A stretch of 64,000 nt of DNA from an uncultured Actinomycetes bacterium (GCA_963819275.1 CAWFVH010000011.1:3744-67743); one strand, 5' to 3'. Positions 1 through 8,925 are shown, numbered from the stretch's first letter. The notes: generated by a model from the letters alone, not told the origin. Numbers and translations are program-made.

Positions 1-1
1 G

Positions 2-616
2 CCCGCCGAGCGGACCGTCGGCCAGCTCGTGGCGGAGTCGATCCAGTTCTACGGAGCGCATTTCTGGGCCTGTCTGATGATGGGGATTCCGGCTGCCGTC
101 ATCGCGGTCGTCTTCACGCAGGTCTCGCGCCGCGTGGGGTTGCTGCTCGCTCCGACGCTCTCGGCGGCGCTCATCAGCGCGACGTTCGTCTACGCGTGCA
201 CCGTCGTGCTCGGCGCGTCGCCGCCGCGCCGGACCCTCGTGGCCGCCTGGCTGGTCGGTTGGCTCGTGTTCGCGCCTGCGCCGTTTCTCGTGATCGCTTT
301 CGTCATCCCCGGTCTCCTCTGGCTTGCGGCGCTCGGTCTCGTCGTGCCGGTCCTGGTGAAGGAGGACGTGCCGCCGCGGGCTGCCCTCGCACGTGCCTGG
401 CGACTCGCGCGGGCCGACTTCGTGCACGCGCTCGGGTCGCTGTTCACGCTCGCAGTCGTCGTCCTGCTCTCGCAGTCCGTGCTCGTCTTCGTGCTGCGCG
501 GCTTCGGGGACGCTGCGGGCTCGGTCGCGCTCTTCCTCGCGAGCGTCGTGATCTCGCCGCTCCTCTTCATCGGAACCGCGTTGCTCTACGTGGACCAGGC
601 GGCGCGCGTCGAGTAA
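2..616 (+). CDS. integral membrane protein, 5' end outside window
   Basis: Frame is open from nt 2 to TAA 614-616 (first in-window start GTG 29). Several long hydrophobic helices and G/C-rich third codon positions. No family recognised. Confidence 0.6.
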   Translation, partial: PAERTVGQLVAESIQFYGAHFWACLMMGIPAAVIAVVFTQVSRRVGLLLAPTLSAALISATFVYACTVVLGASPPRRTLVAAWLVGWLVFAPAPFLVIAFVIPGLLWLAALGLVVPVLVKEDVPPRAALARAWRLARADFVHALGSLFTLAVVVLLSQSVLVFVLRGFGDAAGSVALFLASVVISPLLFIGTALLYVDQAARVE

Positions 617-625
617 GGTCGCGCC

Positions 626-910
626 ATGCCGATCTACATCCTGCTCTCGCGGGTCTCGCAGCAAGGCGTGCAGACGCTGCAGAGCAATCCGTCACGGCTC
701 CAGGAGGTCAACCGCGACGTCGAGGAGCTCGGAGCGAAGGTCCTCCACCAGTGGGCCACGCTCGGCGAGTTCGACTTCGTCAACGTCGTCGAGGCACCCG
801 ACACGGCCACGATCGCGAAGGTCTCGGTCGCCCTCGGCGCACGCGGCTCGACCCGCGTTCAGACCCTGCCGGCGCTCACGATCGACGAGTTCGTCTCGAC
901 CATCCAGTAG
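626..910 (+). CDS. GYD domain-containing protein
   Basis: 94 aa, ATG 626 to TAG 908-910. The sequence pattern (LHQWATLGEFDFVNVVEAPD...AKVSVALGARGS) fits the small GYD family. Confidence 0.8.
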   Translation: MPIYILLSRVSQQGVQTLQSNPSRLQEVNRDVEELGAKVLHQWATLGEFDFVNVVEAPDTATIAKVSVALGARGSTRVQTLPALTIDEFVSTIQ

Positions 911-1069
911 CTAGCCCGAGACGGCCACGCGGCGAACGGTGACGCCCCACGCGGCGCCCGTCGCGAACAGCTCATCCGGGTCGACCTCGCCGAGCCAGCC
1001 GAGGAAGTGCGGCTCCGGATCGTCCTCCGTGCAGCCGAAGACAGCGGGCTGGAGGTCGGGCGCCGGCAC
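911..1069 (-). CDS. small hypothetical protein (52 aa), possibly the 3' part of a disrupted longer ORF
   Basis: The minus frame has almost uniform G/C at codon position 3 and a balanced composition (DLQPAVFGCTEDDPEPHFLGWLGEVDPDELFATGAAWGV). GTG 1067-1069 is preceded by GGAAAGG. TAG 911-913 abuts the GYD stop (TAGCTA). An ATG at 1149-1151 opens a second frame that would join this one after removal of one nt. Confidence 0.3.
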   Translation of the reverse strand: MPAPDLQPAVFGCTEDDPEPHFLGWLGEVDPDELFATGAAWGVTVRRVAVSG

Positions 1070-1161
1070 TTCGACCTTTCCCGCGAGCCGCCTCCTCCGC
1101 TCGCTGTTCGGCCTCGTCGGCCGCCGGCCCTTCCATGTAGCCCCGTGGCATGCCGGGAACC

Positions 1162-2040
1162 CTAGGTCGCCAGCGCGACCGCTACCTCGCCCGCGAGACG
1201 CGCGTTCTGCGCCACGAGCGCCTTGTTCGCGGCCTCGGTGCGGCCGCCGCTCTCGGCATGGAGATGCCCGAGGACATACGGCGTCACCGCCTGACCGCTC
1301 ACGCCTGCCGCAGCGGCTGCCGCCAGTGCCTCTCCGACGAGCGGTTCGATGTCCTCCAGCGGCTCGTCCGGCGGCCTGCCGAGCAGGAGGCCCGAGCCGC
1401 CGAGTCGCCAGTGTTCCTCGGCGACCGCAGCCGCCTCCTCCGCCGACTCGACGCGCGCCGAAACCGGTGGCCCGCCCGCCGCGGCATAGAAGAGCGGGAG
1501 CGTGTCGACGCGGAACCCGAGCACAGGCACGCCGAGCGACTCGAGCAACTCGGCGGTCGTCGGGACGTCGAGCAGCGACTTGACGCCGGCCGACACGACG
1601 AGCGCAGGCGTTCGCGCGAGCTGGGCGAGATCGGCCGAGACGTCGGGAGGATGGGGGAAGCCGCGATGGACACCGCCGATGCCGCCGGTCGCGAGAACCC
1701 GGATCCCGACGGTTCGCGCGACCGCAAGCGTGCCGCCGACGGTCGTGGCACCGACGGCGCTCTGAACCGCAGCCGCCGCGAGGTCGCGCGGCCCGGCCTT
1801 CCGCGCCTCCGCCCCGAAGCGGGTCAGCTCCTCCGGGGTCAGCCCGACGCGAACCTCTCCGTCGAGAACGCCGATCGTCGCCGGAACCGCACCCGACTCG
1901 CGCACCTGCCGCTCGGACTCGAGACCGACCTCGACGCCTTCGCCGGGCGGGAAGCCATGGGCGACGAGCGTCGTCTCGAGCGCGACGACGCGGCCGCCCG
2001 CGGCGAGCGCTTCGCGGACCTCTTCGGCGATGCGGATCAT
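1162..2040 (-). CDS. psuG: pseudouridine-5'-phosphate glycosidase
   Basis: 292 aa from ATG 2038-2040. MIRIAEEVREALAAGGRVVALETTLVAHGFP... and the rest match the IndA/PsuG family over the full length. The ATG overlaps the upstream stop (ATGA). Confidence 0.9.
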   Translation of the reverse strand: MIRIAEEVREALAAGGRVVALETTLVAHGFPPGEGVEVGLESERQVRESGAVPATIGVLDGEVRVGLTPEELTRFGAEARKAGPRDLAAAAVQSAVGATTVGGTLAVARTVGIRVLATGGIGGVHRGFPHPPDVSADLAQLARTPALVVSAGVKSLLDVPTTAELLESLGVPVLGFRVDTLPLFYAAAGGPPVSARVESAEEAAAVAEEHWRLGGSGLLLGRPPDEPLEDIEPLVGEALAAAAAAGVSGQAVTPYVLGHLHAESGGRTEAANKALVAQNARLAGEVAVALAT

Positions 2041-2471
2041 GCGGACAGCTCCATCTCCGCGAAACGGCTCTCCTCGCCGTGCCGCACCTCGTGGAAGCCG
2101 GCACGGCGGTAGGCACGCAGTGCCCGCTCGTTCCAGCGGGCGACCCAGAGCCGGAACGTTCGCGGCCGCCATTCGCGGCGCGCGTACTCGAGCCCGGCTT
2201 CAATGAACGGCTGAGCGAGGCCGCGGCTCGTGAGGTCCGGCCGCATGCCGAGCCCGAGTCGCACCTCGTGTCCCTCGGGGACGAAGTTGAAGAAGCCGAC
2301 GAGGTCTCCGTCGTCGCTCACCACCGCGCGGAGGTGCGTTCGCCGGGCCGGATTCGCGAACAGCTCGACTCGGCGAGGATCGGCCGAGGTGTCGTACCAC
2401 TCGTACGGAAAGTCGTATCGCCACGCCGCGATCTCGGCCGCCTGCTCGTCGGTGATCGGCTGCACCTTCAC
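2037..2471 (-). CDS. GNAT family N-acetyltransferase
   Basis: 144 aa with a GNAT core pattern (LGMRPDLTSRGLAQPFIEAGLEYARREW...ERALRAYRRAGF). GTG 2469-2471 overlaps the kinase stop (GTGA), and its own stop overlaps the psuG ATG. The upstream part of the listed 366-aa ORF is Arg-rich and rejected. Confidence 0.8.
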   Translation of the reverse strand: MKVQPITDEQAAEIAAWRYDFPYEWYDTSADPRRVELFANPARRTHLRAVVSDDGDLVGFFNFVPEGHEVRLGLGMRPDLTSRGLAQPFIEAGLEYARREWRPRTFRLWVARWNERALRAYRRAGFHEVRHGEESRFAEMELSA

Positions 2472-3298
2472 GGCATGGAGCCTACGGTCGCGACGCAGCG
2501 AGCGGCCGCGTCGAGGCCGCGCCGCGCCGCCTCCTCGAGCGAGCCACCGAGAAGGAACCCGGCAGCGAGTGCGTCCCCGGCGCCGGTCGGATCGACGGTC
2601 TCGGTGTCGAGGGCCGCGAAGTCGAGCTTCGCCTCCTCGGTGAAGACCGTGCAGCCGCGCGCGCCGCGCTTGAGCGCTCCGACCGGTGCACTCAGGTACG
2701 CACCACCGAGCAGCTCCCACTCGGCTTCGGTTGCGAAGAGGACGTCCGGCTCGAGTTCGTCCAGCAGTTCGCGGAAGCGCACCGGCCCGTAGCTGCGGAT
2801 CTCGGTCCAGGCTGCGACGTCGACCGAAATGCGTGCGCCCTGCTCGCGGGCGAGACGAGCCGCCAGAAGCGCGGTTTCCGCGATCGGCTCCCGCAGCAGC
2901 GCGTAGCCCGAGAGGTGAAGGACGTCGCAGGCGAGCCACGCGGCGTCGAGCTCCTCGGGTGCCAGCGACGGCGCCACGCCGCGGTCGGAGGCGAGCGAGC
3001 GGTCGCCGTCGCGGACGACCGAGACGACGACGCCGGTCGACCCCTTGGCCGCCGGGCCGAGGAGCTCGACCCCGCGAGTGGCGAGCTCCCGCGCCACGAG
3101 CTCGCCGGCCGGGTCGTCGCCGCGCTTTGCGATGCACCGCGCGTCCGCACCGAGCTCCGCCGCCCAGGCCGCGACGTTGGCGGCCTGGCCTCCGGCCCCC
3201 GCGCGAGTCGACGCGCGAACGTCGCCGCCCGGCACGAGTGGCTCGGACAGCAGCACGACGACGTCGAGCAGAACGTCACCCAGGGTTAACAACCGCAA
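2468..3298 (-). CDS. PfkB-family carbohydrate/nucleoside kinase, probably pseudouridine kinase
   Basis: PfkB motifs are present (GAGGQAANVAAWAAELG; DPTGAGDALAAGFLLGG). Start taken at TTG 3296-3298 (alternative TTG 3290-3292) just before LTLGDVLLDVVV. Operon context with psuG suggests pseudouridine kinase. Confidence 0.8.
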   Translation of the reverse strand: MRLLTLGDVLLDVVVLLSEPLVPGGDVRASTRAGAGGQAANVAAWAAELGADARCIAKRGDDPAGELVARELATRGVELLGPAAKGSTGVVVSVVRDGDRSLASDRGVAPSLAPEELDAAWLACDVLHLSGYALLREPIAETALLAARLAREQGARISVDVAAWTEIRSYGPVRFRELLDELEPDVLFATEAEWELLGGAYLSAPVGALKRGARGCTVFTEEAKLDFAALDTETVDPTGAGDALAAGFLLGGSLEEAARRGLDAAARCVATVGSMP

Positions 3299-3312
3299 GG
3301 CACAATCGTCCC

Positions 3313-3513
3313 ATGGAAGGCGAGAGAGGAAGGGCGAGAGCGAGAGACTTTCTGCTGGGAGGCCTCGTTGGCGCCTCGGCAGCCATCGCCGCTGCTCGCC
3401 GCCGGCGGATGGTGCGGCGGCGCCGCGAGCAACGGGTCGAGCGCCCGGCCGGGCTCGCCGGGTTCGAGGGCGCACCGTGCTTCGAGGAACTGCTCGAAGA
3501 GGCCGAACGGTGA
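3313..3513 (+). CDS. small hypothetical membrane protein (66 aa)
   Basis: ATG 3313, one Gly/Ala-rich hydrophobic segment (FLLGGLVGASAAIAAA), divergent from the kinase gene. Weak call. Confidence 0.35.
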   Translation: MEGERGRARARDFLLGGLVGASAAIAAARRRRMVRRRREQRVERPAGLAGFEGAPCFEELLEEAER

Positions 3514-3555
3514 ACTGCTCGTTTCACGGTCCACTTCGGTGAGAATGCTCAATTG

Positions 3556-5172
3556 ATGGTCCGGCCGGTCCGCCTCCTTGCCCTGCTCGCTGTGCTCGCG
3601 TCCGTCGGCGTGGTCCTCGCCGTGCCCGGGACAGCTTCGGCGCGCCAGACGCCGACCGGCGCGCCGTTCCACGTCTACGTCCTCGACCGCATCGGCGATC
3701 CGACTTTCAAGCTCCTTGCCGAGCGCGGTGCCGTCGGGCTCCTGCGGCCTGGCTACGGGCCGACGACGAATCGCCGCCGCGCGCTGGCGGAGCTCGTGCG
3801 CGGAAGCGAGGTCAACGCCCGGCTCGGTGGAGTGCCGAAGGGCAAGCCGCTGATCGACGTCACCCGGGCCGCCGTCTTCCCGAACTGCCACCACCTCTGC
3901 ATCGTGCTGCAGCTGCCGCCGAAGGGCGCGCCGATCGCGAACAACCGCCTCTACCGCGTCGCGGTGATCGGGCGTGGCTTCCACGGGCTGCTGACGTCGC
4001 CGACGACGCACATCCCCGGGCTCGTCTCGATCGTCGACATCGCGCCGACCGCGCTGGGAGGACACCCCGCGACGACGCTCGCCTGGGCACCTTCTTCGAA
4101 CTCGCTCGACCGGCTTTCCCGTCTCGGCCACGCCATCGGCGCGAACAACCGGCTCAAGTTCGCGGCTCTCTTCATCCTCGCGGGAGTCATGCTCGCCCTC
4201 GGGCTGCTCGGCCTGCGGGCGGCCGTCACCGCAGTTCCGGCGGCGTTGCTCGTGAACCTCGCGCTCGGGATGGGGGAGATCTCGAACGAGGTGCTTCTGT
4301 GCGCCGCGGTCTCGGCGGGGACCATGCTCCTGGCGCTCGGCTTAGCGCGGCTCTGTCGCAGCGAATCTGCGCTTCTCGCGCTTTATGGCGGAGTGGTCGC
4401 ACTGTACGCCGTCGTGATGGTCACCCGACCCGAGTGGCAGGCGGTGAACCCATTCGGTCCGACGCAGAACTCGCGGTTCTGGGGGATCGGTAACCAGGTC
4501 GAGACGCTGCTCCTCGCTCCGCTGCTCGCGGGTGCGTTCCTCGCGCGTCGCCGCTTCGGGATCGTGGGCTTCGTCGTCTTCGGCTTCTTCGGTCTCCTCG
4601 TGATGACGGACAACCGCATCGGTGCAGACGGCGGCGGCGCGATCGCGCTCGGGATCGCGCTCGCGGTGCTCGGCGCACGGCTCTTCCGCCTCGGCGTGAA
4701 GGGCTTCGTGGGTCTGCTCGCGTCCGCGGCCCTGGCCGTGCTCTGGATCGTCTCGCGCGGCCTCGCCCAGCGCGGGCCGAATCACCTTCGCAGTGCATTC
4801 TCGGATCACGGCACCGCGCTGCTCTCGTCGCTTGCGAGTCGGGTGCCGCTGTCCTACGTTCCGGCGATACATGCATGGCAGATGGTCCTGCCGCTCTTGC
4901 TCGTCCTCGCTGCGGCGTTCGCGCTCGCGTGGCGCGGGGCGCAGCAACAGTCGACCCGCGACGTCCTGCTCGCCTTCGGGGTCGCGATCGTGACCTCGCT
5001 GCTCGTGAACGACTCCGCTGCGTACGAGCTCGCTGCGGCAATCGCGGTCGTCGGCGCCATCGCGCGCTTCGCCCCGGCTCCTGCGACCGCGCCGTCGCGC
5101 ATCCTTGTCTTCGCTCGCGGGAAGCTCAGGCCCGAGCCGGTGCCGGTCCCGAGCGAATCGCCGCCGGGCTGA
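3556..5172 (+). CDS. polytopic membrane protein with N-terminal extracytoplasmic domain
   Basis: ATG 3556 (TTG 3553 lies one codon upstream). Signal-peptide-like N-terminus (LAVLASVGVVLAVPGTASA), a ~190-aa soluble domain, then at least 8 hydrophobic helices. IVDIAPTAL weakly resembles a sulfatase/alkaline-phosphatase-superfamily motif. Confidence 0.7.
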   Translation: MVRPVRLLALLAVLASVGVVLAVPGTASARQTPTGAPFHVYVLDRIGDPTFKLLAERGAVGLLRPGYGPTTNRRRALAELVRGSEVNARLGGVPKGKPLIDVTRAAVFPNCHHLCIVLQLPPKGAPIANNRLYRVAVIGRGFHGLLTSPTTHIPGLVSIVDIAPTALGGHPATTLAWAPSSNSLDRLSRLGHAIGANNRLKFAALFILAGVMLALGLLGLRAAVTAVPAALLVNLALGMGEISNEVLLCAAVSAGTMLLALGLARLCRSESALLALYGGVVALYAVVMVTRPEWQAVNPFGPTQNSRFWGIGNQVETLLLAPLLAGAFLARRRFGIVGFVVFGFFGLLVMTDNRIGADGGGAIALGIALAVLGARLFRLGVKGFVGLLASAALAVLWIVSRGLAQRGPNHLRSAFSDHGTALLSSLASRVPLSYVPAIHAWQMVLPLLLVLAAAFALAWRGAQQQSTRDVLLAFGVAIVTSLLVNDSAAYELAAAIAVVGAIARFAPAPATAPSRILVFARGKLRPEPVPVPSESPPG

Positions 5173-5204
5173 TCCCGGCCTGAACGCTGGTACCGTCCGC
5201 AGCC

Positions 5205-5486
5205 GTGCCGATCTACGAGTACCGCTGTCCGAACGGCCACACCTTCGAGCGGTTCCAGTCGATGACGGCCCCCGCGCCCGAGGGGTGCGACGTCTGCGGC
5301 GCCTCCCCGGTCGAGCTCGTCCTCTTTCCGGTCGCGATCCACTACAAGGGCTCGGGCTTCTACACGACCGACTACGGCAAGGGAAAGAAGAAGGAGGGCG
5401 GCGACGGCGGCTCGTCAGGCGGCGACAGCGGCAAGAAAGAGTCGAAGCCAGCGCCCGAAAAGAAGGCTCCGACGTCCGGCGACTAG
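5205..5486 (+). CDS. FmdB-family zinc-ribbon protein
   Basis: MPIYEYRCPNGH...CDVCG gives the CxxC...CxxC FmdB/CxxC_CxxC_SSSS signature. Gly/Lys-rich tail. GTG start. Confidence 0.85.
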   Translation: MPIYEYRCPNGHTFERFQSMTAPAPEGCDVCGASPVELVLFPVAIHYKGSGFYTTDYGKGKKKEGGDGGSSGGDSGKKESKPAPEKKAPTSGD

Positions 5487-6698
5487 CTACTTCAAGCCGG
5501 CGTTCGCGCCCGCGACGCAGCCGGGCGCGTACGGCTCGCCCTTCGGCGGAGCCTGGAGTGCAGATTGGCCCAGCACCTCGTCGATGACGGCCCGGTTCTC
5601 GGGGCTGCTGAGGATGTAGTCGGAACCGCCGATCGACTCGCCGGTGCCGCCGAGACGGCAGTGGATGGTGCTTCCCACACGGAACTTCACCCACGCGAGC
5701 TGCATCAGCTTCCACGTCGATAGATCCGTCGCGATCGGCTTGAGCAACGAGCTGCCCTTGAACGGGAGCGAGAAGAAGAGCGAGGGGCTCGACAGCTTCC
5801 TCAGCGTCGCCTGCTCGACGAGCTGCTGGTCGCGTTGGCGGTCGAAGTCGGTGAACGAGGGATCGAGCTGGTTCTCGCGCACGCGCGAAAAGATCAGCGC
5901 CTGGTGCCCGGTCATGGTGGTCAGGCCCTTGTGGAACCGCCAGCCCTTCCACTGCAGACACCGCTGCTCGGTCTTGTAGGGGCAGTCGAAGCGGTTGGAG
6001 AGGATGTTCTCCGGCACGTCGACTGTGATCCCACCGACCGCGTCGATGAGCTTCTCGAACTGGTTGAAGTCGACGATCACGACGTGGTTGACGGGAAGAC
6101 CCGGGCCGAGGAGCCCATCCAGAGTCTTCACGGCCAAGGCCGGGCCTCCGAACTGCATCGCGGCGTTGATCTTCTGGTAGCCGTAGCCCGGAATGTTCAC
6201 CCGCAGGTCGCGCGGCACCGAGAGGTAGACGAGCCGGTGGCGGCTCGGATCGGTATGCAGGAGCGTGATCGAGTCCGAATGCTGGTCAGCGCTGCGACCG
6301 GCGCCGCCCTTACCGGTCGCGTGGTCGGTGCCGAGCAAAAGGATCGTCGTCGGGCTGGAGAGCAGCAGCCCCGAGTCGGACGTCAGCGTCGGCACCACGC
6401 TCTTCGGCAGGCGCTTGTTGGCGTCGTGCACGCCGCTCGAGACCGAGAGATAGCCCAACGCGCCCCAGATCACGGTCAGGAGAATCAGGCCGAGGATCAC
6501 GACCAGTGCCCAGCGTCGTCTCGTCCAGCCGAGCCACAGACGCCGCCGGCGTGGAGACCGCTCCACCACCCGGCCTGGGCCGCCGCCGTCGCTCCGGACC
6601 GCCCTCCGCGAATCGCGGTCGCGTCGCTGGAGTGGCACCTTTCCCTTTGTCCGGCCGCCGCGATAGACGCGATACGGCTTCTCCCCGGAGGCCGACAT
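5487..6698 (-). CDS. LytR-CpsA-Psr (LCP) family cell-envelope phosphotransferase
   Basis: 403 aa from ATG 6696-6698. Basic cytoplasmic tail, one TM helix (WALVVILGLILLTVIWGALGYL) and an LCP core (LLLGTDH...SDSITLLH...LSVPRDL...INAA). The 243 upstream codons of the listed ORF are antisense to the ROK gene and rejected. Confidence 0.85.
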   Translation of the reverse strand: MSASGEKPYRVYRGGRTKGKVPLQRRDRDSRRAVRSDGGGPGRVVERSPRRRRLWLGWTRRRWALVVILGLILLTVIWGALGYLSVSSGVHDANKRLPKSVVPTLTSDSGLLLSSPTTILLLGTDHATGKGGAGRSADQHSDSITLLHTDPSRHRLVYLSVPRDLRVNIPGYGYQKINAAMQFGGPALAVKTLDGLLGPGLPVNHVVIVDFNQFEKLIDAVGGITVDVPENILSNRFDCPYKTEQRCLQWKGWRFHKGLTTMTGHQALIFSRVRENQLDPSFTDFDRQRDQQLVEQATLRKLSSPSLFFSLPFKGSSLLKPIATDLSTWKLMQLAWVKFRVGSTIHCRLGGTGESIGGSDYILSSPENRAVIDEVLGQSALQAPPKGEPYAPGCVAGANAGLK

Positions 6699-7635
6699 GC
6701 GGAGGATTACGGTACCCACTGTGCAGGCGGGCCATGCGATCGGAGTCGACCTCGGCGGCACGAAGATCCTGGCCGGGGTCGTCGCCCGCGACGGGAGCGT
6801 CGTCCGCCGCCATGAGCGGGCGACCCCGCAGGACTCGCAGGAGCACGTCCTCCTGGAACTCGAGGCCGCGGTCGCCGAACTGCTCGACGATTCGGTCGCG
6901 GCGGTCGGGTTCGGCACGCCGTCCCCGATCGACCAGGTTCGCGGCGTCGTCGTGCGCTGCGTCAACTTGCCCCTCGAGAACGCGCCTCTGCGCGACCGGA
7001 TGCACGAGCGCTTCGGCATCCCCGTCGGGCTGGACAACGACGCGAACGCCGCCGCGATCGGCGAGTGGCGGGCCGGCGCCGGAAAAGGCGAGGACGATCT
7101 CCTCATGCTCACTCTGGGAACGGGCGTCGGCGGCGGCGCCATCTCCGGCGGCAAGCCCTTTCGCGGCCGCAACGGCGAGGGCGCCGAGTTCGGCCACGTC
7201 GTGATCGAGCACGGCGGCCGTCCCTGCCAGGGCGTCTGCACCGGCCATGGCCATCTCGAGGCATATGTGAGCGGGAGCGCGGCGACGGCGGCGGCGCAGG
7301 AGACGTTCGGACCGTCGGCGGATGCGCACAGGCTCGTGCGGCTCGCGAACGAGGGCGACCAGGACGCGAAGGACATCCTCGAAGAGGTCGCTCGGTACCT
7401 CGGCTCCGGCATCGGCTCCTTCGTCAACGTCTTCGGGCCGAGGCTGGTGATCCTCGGCGGTGGCTTCGGCGTCGCGGCCTACGACTACCTGCGCGGCCCC
7501 GCGGAGGAGGTCGCGCGACAGGAAGCCCTCGAGCCGATGCGCAGCGCCGTGCGGCTGGCGAAGGCCGAGCTCGGCACGGCCGCCGGGCTCATCGGTGCAG
7601 CGTTCGTCGGCTTCGAGGCGCTGGATGCCGCCTGA
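6697..7635 (+). CDS. ROK-family glucokinase
   Basis: ROK signatures are present (IGVDLGGTKI, LDNDANAAAIGEW, GTGVGGG, and the Cys/His zinc cluster GHVVIEHGGRPCQGVCTGHGHLE). ATG 6697 has GGAGG 5 nt upstream. Alternative start GTG 6721. Confidence 0.85.
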   Translation: MRRITVPTVQAGHAIGVDLGGTKILAGVVARDGSVVRRHERATPQDSQEHVLLELEAAVAELLDDSVAAVGFGTPSPIDQVRGVVVRCVNLPLENAPLRDRMHERFGIPVGLDNDANAAAIGEWRAGAGKGEDDLLMLTLGTGVGGGAISGGKPFRGRNGEGAEFGHVVIEHGGRPCQGVCTGHGHLEAYVSGSAATAAAQETFGPSADAHRLVRLANEGDQDAKDILEEVARYLGSGIGSFVNVFGPRLVILGGGFGVAAYDYLRGPAEEVARQEALEPMRSAVRLAKAELGTAAGLIGAAFVGFEALDAA

Positions 7636-8110
7636 GCGCTTCGCGTTCAGCATTCCTTTTCCCGACCTGGCGCCGGCCGTCGATGAGTGGAGGGAACGGA
7701 CGTGCGAGTCGAAGCCCTCGCACGGCGTCCCACCACACGTGACCCTGCTCATTCCCGCGCCGCCGGACACTGGTGGGGCTGCCGAGGCTCTGGCTTCTTT
7801 CGGGGCATTCGATGTCACGTTCGCGCGGCTCGATCGCTTCCCCGGCACGCTTTGGCTCGCGCCCGAGCCGAACGAGCCGTTCGTTGCGATGACGCGCGCA
7901 CTCGTGGAGCGGTTTCCAGATCACACCCCCTACGGGGGGCTCCTCGAAGGAATTACGCCGCACCTCACGGTCGCCCAAGGAGAGGATCTCGATGCTGCAG
8001 AGGTCGCCGTTCGGCAGCTGCTTCCCTTGCGGTCGCGCGCGGCGACGGTCGTGCTCTTCGAACAGGTCGCCCCCGATCGCTGGCGCGAGATCGCCACGCT
8101 CGCGCTCTGA
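7625..8110 (+). CDS. 2H (LigT-like) phosphoesterase superfamily protein
   Basis: 161 aa from ATG 7625. Two HxT motifs (PHVTLL, PHLTV). Overlaps the ROK gene end by 11 nt. Confidence 0.7.
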   Translation: MPPERFAFSIPFPDLAPAVDEWRERTCESKPSHGVPPHVTLLIPAPPDTGGAAEALASFGAFDVTFARLDRFPGTLWLAPEPNEPFVAMTRALVERFPDHTPYGGLLEGITPHLTVAQGEDLDAAEVAVRQLLPLRSRAATVVLFEQVAPDRWREIATLAL

Positions 8111-8919
8111 TGCCGCTCGCGGTCTGTGCGACGCCGATCGGGAACCTCGAGGACGTGACACTGCGCGTCCTCGCCGAGCTTGCCGCCGCCGACGTCGTGC
8201 TGTGCGAGGACACGCGTCACACGCGCGTGCTGCTCGAGCGGCACGGGATCAAGGCGCGGCTCGTCTCGTACCACGAGCACAACGAGGCGAAGCGGACCGC
8301 CGAGCTCCTGCCACGGCTCGAGGTGGGGGAGCGCGTCGCGCTCGTCTCCGATGCCGGCCTGCCCGGCGTGTCCGATCCTGGCGCGCGGCTCGTGCGCGCG
8401 GCGCTCGACGCCGGCGTCGAGGTCACGGTGCTGCCGGGGGCGTCGGCGGTCGAGACGGCGCTCGTCGCCTCCGGTCTCGTCGCGGAGCAGTACCGCTTCC
8501 TCGGCTTCCTTCCGCGCGGCGAGAAGAAGCTCGCTGCGCTGTGGGACGAGCTGAGCGGCTGGCCGTGGCCGGCGGTCGCGTTCGAGTCACCGCAGCGACT
8601 GCCCGCGACGCTGCGCTCGCTTGCAGCGGCCGACCCGGAGCGGGAGGTTGCCGTCTGCCGCGAGCTGACGAAGCGCTTCGAGGAGGTCGTGCGGGGTACC
8701 GCCGCAGAGCTCGTTGGGCGGTTCCCTGCGCCACCCAAAGGCGAGATCACACTCGTTCTCGGGCCGATCGTTCGGTCGGACCGTCGCGAAGGCGAGGAGC
8801 GCGCCCTCGCCGCCGTCCGAGAGCTCGTAGCGGCGGGCGTGCCGCGAGCTCAGGCGGCGGAGGTCGTCTCGAAGCTCGTCGGCATCTCGCGCAACCAGCT
8901 CTACAAGCAAACGTTGTAA
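8110..8919 (+). CDS. rsmI: 16S rRNA (cytidine1402-2'-O)-methyltransferase
   Basis: 269 aa. ATG 8110 overlaps the upstream TGA. Tetrapyrrole-methylase-fold motifs typical of RsmI (ATPIGNLEDVTLR, SDAGLPGVSDPG). Confidence 0.9.
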   Translation: MPLAVCATPIGNLEDVTLRVLAELAAADVVLCEDTRHTRVLLERHGIKARLVSYHEHNEAKRTAELLPRLEVGERVALVSDAGLPGVSDPGARLVRAALDAGVEVTVLPGASAVETALVASGLVAEQYRFLGFLPRGEKKLAALWDELSGWPWPAVAFESPQRLPATLRSLAAADPEREVAVCRELTKRFEEVVRGTAAELVGRFPAPPKGEITLVLGPIVRSDRREGEERALAAVRELVAAGVPRAQAAEVVSKLVGISRNQLYKQTL

Positions 8920-8925
8920 GCAGAT

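Noticed and set aside
911-2203. 430-aa minus-strand ORF spanning the psuG locus
   Set aside because: It is out of frame with the full-length, clearly homologous psuG on the same strand and is extremely Arg/Gly/Ala-rich. This is typical of a shadow ORF in GC-rich DNA. Only its last 52 or so codons (911-1069) look coding.
4342-5961. 539-aa minus-strand ORF, the same length as the plus-strand membrane protein
   Set aside because: It is a mirror-image shadow of the 3556-5172 gene and of fmdB. The translation is highly charged Arg/Glu/Asp/Pro without hydrophobic structure. The plus-strand gene has a coherent signal peptide and TM topology.
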